Shown here: piece by piece, positions 52,013 through 62,400 of the stretch
Position numbering within the stretch: the stretch's first letter is position 1
How the letters are laid out: each line of letters opens with the position of its first letter
Assembly (NCBI GenBank): GCA_036630325.1
Contig: CP142733.1
Coordinates: 372,001-436,000, forward strand
Direction of reading: 5' to 3'
DNA from: Vairimorpha necatrix
Taxonomy: Eukaryota
DNA: 64,000 nucleotides
Notes under the pieces: model-generated
Told to the model about the DNA's origin: nothing
Database searches by the model: none
The model's input: only the letters and a program-made list of their open reading frames with translations
Translations under genes and position numbers: made by a program

Positions 52013-54514
52013 TGTAAGGACTGATAGCAGAAGATGCATTAAGAAACGACATTATGACTCAAAAGATTTTCAAAAATGGGATATGAGAAGCTTCTAGCTT
52101 GAGACTATCCATATTTAGGGCGAATTCGAGAATTGAACCTCTATTTTTTTGTGTATAACATTTAAAAAAACAGGATATAGTCGACGTATCAATTAATAAT
52201 AATTATCTCTATTTTTTAAGCAAGATTTTTGATGAAAAATATGTAGATACTTTTGTAATTCTAAGTATAAATCATTGCTCTTAATCTGACATTGGACTGT
52301 CCTATCACAGGTGGATCAATCACATCAGGTAATCACAAATTGGTAGTTTAGATATAAAAAAAAAGTTTTAATAAATATGCAATTTCATTCAGGCTTGTCC
52401 TCTATTTCCAAAATGGCGACAACGACAATAAAAGGATTCAAACAATACGGGGGCGACCCAGAAGAAGACATCTACTTATAAATGCAAGAAGCGCTATTCA
52501 TCGCAAGAATTACGAAAAAGACGGAGGCGGAAACAATTAAACTCATCTACTGCAGCTCGAAGGTAAAGCCCTGAGTTGGGCGGCAGAAACTATAGGGGAT
52601 CTTTAAACAAATTCAGCTGAGCGAGTTGATTGACGAATTAAAAGCACGGTTTGGGGACAACAAAATACAGATATATCCCCAAGGAGATTGTTTACAAGCA
52701 ACCCCCGGTCACCAGAATTAAATTCACAAAGTTATTAAAAGAGGCTACAATCCTCTATAAAAAGAACTACATGAATATAATCTTTTTGACGCAGGTGGTA
52801 ACTAACAAATTTTTGAGTGAAATCAAAGCCCTGCTATTATAAGCAGCAGAGGTGGTCCAGTCATGGGACCAATTGTGAAAAGGGCCGAAAACATCGCGTG
52901 GATATAATTCCCGGATAAAATTTTACAATGTATATGGAAAAAATAAGGCCGATGGGGGGGGGGGATTTGTGAAGAACCAATACTGCGGACTCCCGAGACA
53001 TTAGCCACCACACGTAAGATTACATCGTACTAAAAAAATTTGAAAACTAAGGGAACTAAACCAAAAAAAATCCGAACAATTAGAACCTACAGATCAAACT
53101 TCTTAACGAACAACGAACACTTCCAAATCACGAAAGAACGGGATGAACACAAATCAAACTTTATTCCTTATTTAACCTTTGCAACGTGACTAATCTTTTT
53201 TTCGAGACCATGGTACTGAACTTATGGCCTATTTTGTGCCAGAAAACCACCGGCGCGGACGTGTCAATCATAAACGAATCTTGCCTGAAAAATCTCAACT
53301 ATGCTATTGACAGCAACAAAGGAAATCCAAAGATAAGATCAGCATGCGAGACACAAATGAATATATCAAACAAAGCGAAACATATCATTTTACATAAAAA
53401 ACTGGGGAACTACTCGAAATTAGCCCCTATGTAGTAACAAACGGCCCTTCATATGTAATCCTAGGGATATATGACATTAAAATATATCCCGATCTCCCCA
53501 TCAAAACATCGAAAAAACTGAAAGATAAAAAACAGTAGGTGCTCAGGGTTGCACGTCTATATACATCGGAACGAGAGAAGATGGTTGCAAAATACCAAGA
53601 CTTGTTTTGGACCGAGATTTTAGAATTGAACGTATGCACAAAAGGCAAACACAAAATCAAAACAACTTTAAACGCACCTATATGTTCGAATGGGGGCAGA
53701 ATTTATGCATTTGAGCGGCAAATCGATAAAAAATAGAAAATACCCAAGGCTTGAAATTATAAAGAAGAGATAAAGCCTCTGGTGTATTCGAATTGTAGCG
53801 GTTCAAAAACTAGATGGCATTTAAGAATGTGCATAGATTACCAGCCACTGAATAGAACCACAGTGAAAGACGGATATTCGATACTGCGGATAGACGAAAT
53901 AGTAGACCATTTATCGTAAGCACTAATTTTTATATTTAGATACCACTTCAGGTTACTATCAAGTGGTAGTGAAGAAAAGAGACAAAGGAAAATCGCCTTT
54001 TCTTGGAGAGGAAGGCTTTACGAATTAACGAGAATGCCCTTCAGTCTATGTAACGGCCAGCAACGTCTCAAAGGATGAAAGATATATTTTTTAAGAGTAG
54101 CTTTAAATTTATCATTTCTTATCTCGATGACATCATAATCTATTCAAGAAACATCGAGGAACATAAGGGGCACGCTGAGAAGGCCATGAATATATTTTAG
54201 ATGGCATGAATATCTCTAAACAAAGCCAAGTGCGAATTCTTTAAATCAAGATCAAAATTTTAGGGGTAATCATCGGGCACAACAAGGTGGGCCAGACCCG
54301 ACAAAGTTAGATGCAATTCCTTGTTTCCGCTGCCAGGAACTGTTACACAACTGCGCTCATTTTGAGAATTGTGAACTATTGCAGAGGGTTTATTCGAGAC
54401 ACGCAACAGTAGCCCGTACTTTATTTATACTCGTCGGAGGAGGAAAGAAACTCGCAAAAGAAGGTTGTATACACCGAAAAAGAACTGCTAACATAAAGAA
54501 ATTATATAACATGT
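52013..54514 (+). mobile_element. Degenerate Gypsy element H (putative LTR, gag, protease, RT)
   Basis: Gag-like start at ~52413. RT motifs RMCIDY, RMPFSL and YLDDIIIYS with many stops. LTR boundary tentative. Confidence 0.8.
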
Positions 54515-54616
54515 TGTTACCGGCTGTGTTGCACACGCCAATAATCAGACCAAAACTGAAAGATGAAACAGTTGATAATGATCTGAAACCATCTTTGTTT
54601 CAGATCCGAAACTAAA
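54515..54616 (+). mobile_element. 5' part of the split family G solo LTR
   Basis: CATGT then TGTTACCGG. Contains hairpin GATCTGAAAC-7nt-GTTTCAGATC. Confidence 0.8.
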
Positions 54617-55622
54617 TGTGGTATCCCACAAGTAATTCATTTTTTTTTGTTTCTTTGTTTGTTTGATTTGAACGAATTGTTTACAAACAAACAAAGAAAA
54701 CTATAAATATAAATTTTGCCCTTACCCATACCTAAAATACGAACTAACGATGAATATGAGAAAACAGAGTAACGAGAAACAAAACATTGTAAAAAAAAAA
54801 TTTAATATAAACGACCACGACAACATGCTGGAGCATTTTTACCAGCATGGCTACGTCAGATTGAATTCAATAGACACAAAAGTAGCAATAGAAATGACAA
54901 ACAAAAACAACGAAATATACAAAACAATGACATTCGAAATTCATATCAAAGGACTAAACGAACGACTCAAACAGGAAATTGTAATTATAGAAGACATTGA
55001 AAAGATAGATATTATTAGGTGGTGTAAAGATTTTGAAGAACTGATAACTAGTAACAAATGGAGTAAAGTGATAGTATCTAAAGTCCTAAAAACACTCATA
55101 AAAGATGAAAGAGTCGAAAGGGAAGAATTGGAGAATTCTTGGAAGTACATTAAAACATATCTGTTTTCCATACTTTATCCCAAGGAAGAGGAGAGACTAT
55201 ATGCTAAGAAACTGGAAAGTATTTATCAAATTAAATTTAGATCGATAGTTCAATATAACAAAGAGATAAAAAAATTAATGAACATTTATAAAATAATTTC
55301 GGATATGAATGAAAAAGAATATGACAAAAAAATAGCGACCGTATTTTTTAACGGCTTAAGCAAATATACCTATGGAAAAATCTTAGAACTACAAATAACA
55401 AATTATGAAGAGTGTTATGCATATTTACTGGATATCGAGAAAAAATTAACTACGAAATGCAAAGAAATGAACGAAGGAAAAAGAAAGAATGAGAAGATAG
55501 TTCCAACGAATTCTCAACAAGATGAAAATATTAAGAAGAATTATGAGGAGAGAAATTTTTGCAAATTACATCGCTGGTGTAACCACACGACCGAGGAATG
55601 CACCAAGTACGATCCAAAATAT
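54617..55622 (+). mobile_element. 5' half (5' LTR + gag) of Gypsy family B element
   Basis: LTR at 54617-54858 preceded by CTAAA. Gag ORF starts at 54750 inside the LTR and has the CHHC knuckle CKLHRWCNHTTEEC. Ends at CAAAATAT before Merlin B. Confidence 0.95.
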
Positions 55623-56730
55623 GGTGCTCCTTTGGTATGCGATCAGAATTTTTTTTTAAAAAAAAAATTCTGACCCCCCTAAAAATGGAAAATAGTGACT
55701 TTAAAATTTCTGATCGCATACCAAAGAAAAGCACAAAAATTAAAATAAAGGTTATTCAAAGGCTTTTCTAAGGCATCGACGACTGTTTAAACTTATTACT
55801 TGAGTTAGAAGTCTTGAAAGAGCAAAAGACGTGCTTTAAATGCAATGAGATTTCAAATGTTGTATTATATAAGGAGAGAGAGGTTAAAAGAGTGGTATAC
55901 AGGTGTTCTAATTATACAATGCTAAAATAACAGTTAACAAAGGAAGCAAGTTACCTTTATATAATTTTTGTGAATTAATATTTTTAATTTTGTGTAGGAG
56001 TAGTTATTTTACTTTAGAGGCAAAACTAGGAGTTTCTTCATCGACAGTTTCCGATGCAAAAAAAAGAATTAGAGAAATTTTATAAACAAAATTTCTAAGA
56101 GGCTTATTATTGATGGACCAAGAAAAATTGTCCAAGTTGATGAGTCTGTAATTTGTAGAAGAGGTAAAATAAGAAATCCAACAAGTTGTGATGATATAAT
56201 CCCTGATACTGTTTGGATACTAGGTATAGTAGAAGCATCTAATCCTACGAACTTTTACATTACAGTGGTGGATAATAGAAAAGTCGAGTGTTTAACAGTT
56301 GCTCAAGAAGGTAAAACAGGGGTTGGTTCGATTTTACATAGTGATGGTTATCCGATTTATCCAAGTGTAGCACGAAATTTTTGTCTTGAACATAAGGTAG
56401 TAAACCACTCTATCGGGTTTAAATCTGCAGATGGTACTCATACCAATAACATTGAGAATGTATGGTCGCAGCTAAAATCTGAAATGACCAAAGAACATAG
56501 AGTTAAGCGTAATGAAATTGATTCATGGCTGCAATGATTTTATATATAAGAAAGATTTTTGTAAAGAGGACAATTTAGAGGAGTTTTACGACTGTTATGT
56601 TGATTTATTGTATAATTTACTCAATTAAATCAAATTTATAGTATTTTTTAACGTTTTTTCATATTTTTTTCATTTTTTTTCCTTTACAAGGGGGGGGTCT
56701 TGGTGTCCGATCGCATACCAAAGAAGCACC
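55623..56730 (+). mobile_element. Merlin element B with pseudogenised transposase, homologous to Merlin A
   Basis: TIRs GGTGCT(C/T)CTTTGGTATGCGATC. ATG at 55685. HTNNIENVWSQLKSEMTKEH shared with Merlin A. Confidence 0.93.
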
Positions 56731-57351
56731 TATCGTTCTATTCTTTTATTGCTCCTATGATCTTCTAATCCTACTTTCCGTTGCATAATTCCGTTTTCTT
56801 TACACCAAGTTACTAATTCCTTGCCGTTTTCATATATATTTTTTTGAGCATCTATCTTCTTTACTTATTTTTTTAAAAATTCCGTATTAACATCATTTCC
56901 CCTTTTGCGCCCATATTCTTCTCATAAAGTAGTCAATCCCTAATAGCACGTATCTTCCTTTTTCTTGAATATTTATGACGTATCCCAGGCGGATATACGC
57001 CTCAATGAAATTACAGGTACTTTCAAAAGTAAAGTTTTTATTGTTTTTAGATTTTGTATTATCATTCCTGCTCATCATATCCTTTTAAGCTTTTCGCTAT
57101 TTATAGTTTTAAATGTTTGTTTGTAAACAAACAATAACAAAAAGTTTCAAAAAGTTTTTTGAGAACGGAGTATAGTGCCGCATTGCAGGAACTTTGAGTA
57201 TTTGTTAAGGGCAGTATGCAAATAATGTGATGAGATATGTTGCGTTTGATCAAGTCCTCATAATTCATTACGTCTAAAGCTATTTTCTCTAATTAAACAA
57301 ATGTCGTTACAAAATGCATCCTCCGGTCGTTTTTCAGTTATTTATATTATA
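56731..57351 (-). mobile_element. Gypsy integrase fragment related to 12443-18340
   Basis: GRYVLLGIDYF motif and DNA similarity to ~13000-13300. Confidence 0.7.
56976..57262 (-). mobile_element. Solo LTR of the gag-in-LTR clan
   Basis: Ends ...TACGTCA like family B. TSD ATTTA/ATTCA. Internal ORF ends FIEAYIRLGYV at the LTR boundary. Confidence 0.75.
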
Positions 57352-59080
57352 TGTCGCGAGCCCAGCTGGTTACCGTAATTTTTCTTATTTTTTTAGACTA
57401 TTTTTTTTTTTAATTCTATGAATTATATTTTCATAATTTTATACCGTATTAATCAGTAACTATTTTACAGGAAACTTTTTCTTTGACACTTTTTTCTACG
57501 CATATACGGCTCGAACCAGATGCTTGCAGGACAAAAGCACAAGCAAACCACTGAGCTAAACTAAACTGTTTAGTAATAAAAAATACAAGAATATTAAAAC
57601 AATGTATAATTCATTTTCCCCTAATGAAAGGAATCAAAACTCAAGATAAGTATAATCTTCTTGTTAATTTACTGCAAGGAGATGATTGGAGTGCAATTGT
57701 CGACAAAAAAGTAAGGTATAAGTGTTAAAAATTGCCGAAAACTCTTCTCTTGCAGATAATATACTCTTTTTGTGAGATATTTCTGACTTGCGCAAAATGT
57801 AGTTGTGAGAGTTTAATACAGTCCATGGTATTCGAAATACGAACTCTACATAGATGTATCACTATGGACACAATCGTTTATATGAGTTGTGCCAGCAATT
57901 TTAATTCAATACTCCCAGAAGCCTCGTGCGAGAGGTTTGCAAAGAGTGCAATATTGTTCACAAACACACCTTTTAAAAAATAAAACCTACAAGCACATAT
58001 TTGCTAAAGGCCCTTTGAGGGTGTCATCATCGACCTAGAGACATTAGGTGGTATGCTGACGAAAAACGAAATATTGTTGATACTAACAGCTTTAGATGTA
58101 TAGTCTAAGTATGTATTTACCAATTTTATAAAGTATAAAACGGCCTCAAAAGTTTTACTACATTTAAAATATAATTTAAATCGATATGGACTTCCTTGTA
58201 AACTCCAGTGTGATAATGGTAAAAGATTTAAAAAATCACTTTTATTTGAATTCTGCGAGCAGAATAAAATTTTACTAGTCCATGGCAGACCCAGGCATCA
58301 TCAGAATCAAGGTCAAGTTGAGAGATTTAATCAAACTCTTTCTCGATAATTGCAAACATCGATATGCAGAATTTGGTCCAATATAAAAAACTGGGTCTAT
58401 TTAATTGACACAGTTCTTTTTCGTACAACATCGTCGCACATTTTGCAACAAAAAAAATCTCCATTTGATTCTTTTTATGGAAGAAAGGGATATAATACTT
58501 GTAAATGCAGCAACAACGACGAAGAAATCATCGAAGAAGACTTAGATTTTATGTTTAAGCGAGAAAATAGATCTATGGTAGATGAAAAATATCTCTTAAG
58601 AATGACAAAAAATGTGTCTACAATTCTATCAATGATTTTATTATAGGCGATAATGTGATGTTAAAAAGGATTTTGATGCTAACTTTAAACCAAAAAAGTT
58701 AAAACTAAGTTCGTTTCATTCCGAACCAAGAGAAGTAATAGCAATTTTGTCTTATAATCGATTAAAAGTTAAGTTTAATGATTCTATAGAAATTGTGTTA
58801 ATGAATTTGTTAAAAAATTAAATAAATAGTTAAGCTTTGATTATTAAAATATCATTCGCAAATTTTATTTTTAAATTTTTAACATGAATTTTTTCAATAC
58901 ATTTTATTATTCTATACTAATGTTACTTTAATTCAACATAAACGTAGATGTGTCATAAGTATATTGAATTAGATTTTAACTTTTGAATGCATAAAATACT
59001 TGTTCTATTTTCTAATAGTACAAACAATTTTGTTGAAGCCTTCCAGATTATAACTAGCGTGCTGCACAGGGATGCGGCTT
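57352..59080 (+). mobile_element. Second, diverged Ginger-like element; integrase pseudogene at 57624-58830; right end not found
   Basis: Left TIR TGTCGCGAGCCC. CCCCTAATG start MKGIKTQDKYNLLV aligns to MKEVKDQVEYDRLV. HGRPRHHQNQGQVERFNQTL motif. Confidence 0.85.
57508..57558 (-). promoter_or_regulatory. Pol III A box + B box in the second Ginger-like element
   Basis: TAGCTCAGTGG (57558-57548) and GGTTCGAGCC (57517-57508) on the minus strand, in the same position and orientation as in copy 1. Confidence 0.6.
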
Positions 59081-59401
59081 GTTATAAAATAATACTATAA
59101 GGAACTATACGTTTGTGCGTCTGTCCTTGGCAGGCTTTTATAATATTTATTGTTAAAGCGGAGGAGGGATCCGAATCCCCCTCAGAGGGTGTTCACTTTA
59201 TTTTTTCGAACCCCAAAATTGAAGTTCAAAAAAAGGAGACAAAAATTCCTAACAACTTTAAATATTAAAAATATAAAATATATATATATTTGAATTCATA
59301 ATTTAATTTTAGTCCAGAAGGTATATCTTATCTTTATTAATACTTGATTTTTAAGCCCATAAAATTTTCACAGTTTACTTTATAATTTGGGCTAAAGTTA
59401 G

Positions 59402-62400
59402 TGTGGTATAATATCTCATACCACATGTTTATGGTGACCAATAGACGATGAAACGCTAATGTGCTTTGATACACGTCAAGCATCTCTAATTGTTAGTGGA
59501 CAGTTCTGAAACACTAATTTCTAATTGGTTACACACAAATATAAATAACGAAATTCATCACTTAAAAAGAATGAGGATGCCTAAGAACAACAACAGCCGC
59601 ACTCCAGCTCAGGCCCATGACGGCAATAACAATAAACACTATTCAAATACATTTACACCTACCTTGGGAATTCATGGTACACATAACCGTAGCATTATTG
59701 AATGCTTTCTTGCCACTGGCACAATTCCAGGTAAATACGCCAATTTGAGCTCAAATGGCAATAAAGGTACAAAGTCATTTACATCTGGAGATAAACATCA
59801 TTACGCGGAATTTAAAAGAACTGTTGAAGGTACAGACGTACCAATCCAAGACTATATACTCAAGATATTTAATATCAAATCAGATCTCACTACAGCAGGT
59901 CTCAAAGAGTTTGAAACTCTTTCTGAGTATAATAAGTGGAATGACACACAAAGCGGTCAAATTTACCATAGTCTAATCTATGATTCTACTTATAAGGATA
60001 AACTTACTAGGAACAGTTACAAGGCACTGAGAAAAGAACTTCTAGACATACTGTATCCAAAGACCCAACACAGAATTCTCTCGCAAAAAATTGACAATAT
60101 CAGGCAAACTGATCATTTTTCCATTAACGAGTATATGGAAACAATTTCTAAAGGATTAGAAGGCTACATTCATGTCAACGATCTTTCAAGAAAGGAAGTG
60201 GAAAGAAAACAAGAAGAAATATTTTTCAAAGGTTTGGGAAGATATACCACTATCAAGATTACCGATCAAAGACTCAAAACGGCTCCATTTCAAGAAATTA
60301 TTCAATTTTTAATAGAACTGGAAGAAAGCATATTATCCCAGTCCGCAGAGACCAAACAAGGCTTAATAACCCAGACAACGGGTGCGAACAAGACTAAATA
60401 CGCCTTTACTAATAAGAAGTGGTGTAAATACCATCACTCGAAGTTTCACAACACTAAAGATTGTTCCCTTCATAAAACCTCACAATCAGAAGATGTCAAA
60501 AGCATGATTATCACTGAACTTAAAGTCGACAATCATGAAGGGATAAAAATTCAAGGAGAATTAAATGGAACTAACCTACAGTTATTTGTTGACACGGGTG
60601 CATCTTGCAATTATATTCACGAAAAACTGTTAAAGTCCTTAAAGCTGAACACAATTGAAACTAAACCTCTAACTATGATATTTGGATGTGGTACTAAAGA
60701 AACCACTAGTCGAGCCGTCGAAACTAAAATACGTATTAAGGATAAAGACTATGATATCACATTTTATGTTTTACAGCGTATACCAGAAGATATTATCTTG
60801 GGATATGAATTTTTATATGCTAACGAAGCAGTAGTAAACTTAAGAAAGAAAATTATTACCTTAGGAAATGGACATACTATCCCATTTATTGGGGCTGAAG
60901 TTACATCTGAGGAAATTCTTGATGAAATATTAGCTGAAAGCACTTGCTTACCCATACTCATGGAAGATAAAAAACTATTAAAAATCTTTAAGCAGTATTT
61001 TAAATTTAATGACCAATTTAGCCACATCAAAAATTTCTCAATATCGTTCCAACTTAAATCAGATATTCCAAGTTCGAAGACAAGGCACTACTCTGTCCCA
61101 GGAAAGTTTTTACCAGCAGCAAAAGAGGAAATTAAAAGACTGGTTGAAAACGACATTATTGAACCGTGCACCTCCAACATATCAAGCCCTGCATTTTTTA
61201 TCAAAAAGAAGAACGGCGAGTTACGTCTTGTGGTAGATTATAGAACGGTTAACACATACGTTGAAGATGATTTATATGTTATACCCTTGATAGATGAAAG
61301 CTTCCGATTGATGCAAGGTTGCAAGATTTTCAGCCAAATCGACTTACGCAATGGTTTTAACCAATTGCTCTTGGATAAAAATAGCAGAAACATAACGTCT
61401 TTCACTCTTCTCGGTCGACAATGGCGATATAAAAGAGTCCCTTTTGGGATCAAGCCAGGTCCAAAAATATTTCAAAGACACATTTCAGAAATTTTAAGCC
61501 ATATAGACAATTGCTTTGTCTATATAGATGACATAATTCTGTACTCCAAAAGCAGGGAAGAGCACGTAATCCTACTCAATAGAGTACTTGAGACACTGTA
61601 CCAATATACAGTCAAGATCAATTTCGATAAGTCGAAATTCTGCACCACTGAACTCGTTATATTAGGTGCCAGAATCAACAAAAATGGTATATCACCAGTC
61701 ATCGATAACCTCGCGGCTAAAATTCTACAAATAGATCTGAAATCAAAACGAAGCGTTCAACAGCTTATAGGAACATTAAACTGGTATCGGAAATTTGTTC
61801 CTCGTATATCAACACGTATTTCGGAATTAACAGAATTGCTAAAAAAAGGAGAAAAACATTATAAATTACCAGAAGCTACAAAAACAGAGATTAACGCTAT
61901 TATTGAAGAGCTTAAAGTAGTCAAGCTAGGATTCCCAGATTATAGAAAGAAATTTACACTTCAAACAGACGCTTCAGAAAAAGGAATAGGTAGCGTACTT
62001 CTACAAGAAGACATAATCATAGGTTATTATAGCAAGAAACTGGCAGGCTCTGAACTTAATTACACTATAGTCGAAAAAGAGTATCTAGCCATTCTTCTCT
62101 CCGCAATTCATTTTGAAAGCATCATTCAGGGATGTTATGTAGAAATACATACTGACAGTAACAACTGTTCGTTTGAAAATAAAAGCCTAACCACGAGGAT
62201 TAACAGATGGAAACTGATCATGAATAAATTTAATCATAAGATCTTCCATATCAAAGGAAAGGATAACACAGTAGCAGACACATTATCGCGTTGTCTACTT
62301 TTACAGATCATGCCTCTCAAGATACAATACGACAATGTCGTTAAAACTTCATGCACGTCAAACAACGGCGTATTACTCAGGAACGATAGAGGCCAACTGG

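Noticed and set aside
55623-55673. C-terminus GAPLVCDQNFFLKKKF of the 307-aa Gag ORF
   Set aside because: It derives from the Merlin B TIR.
59490-59570. TTG start of the 1277-aa ORF, and 63427-63684 as a separate gene
   Set aside because: A eukaryotic ATG start at 59571 or 59577 is more plausible. The 85-aa ORF is just the 3' LTR copy.
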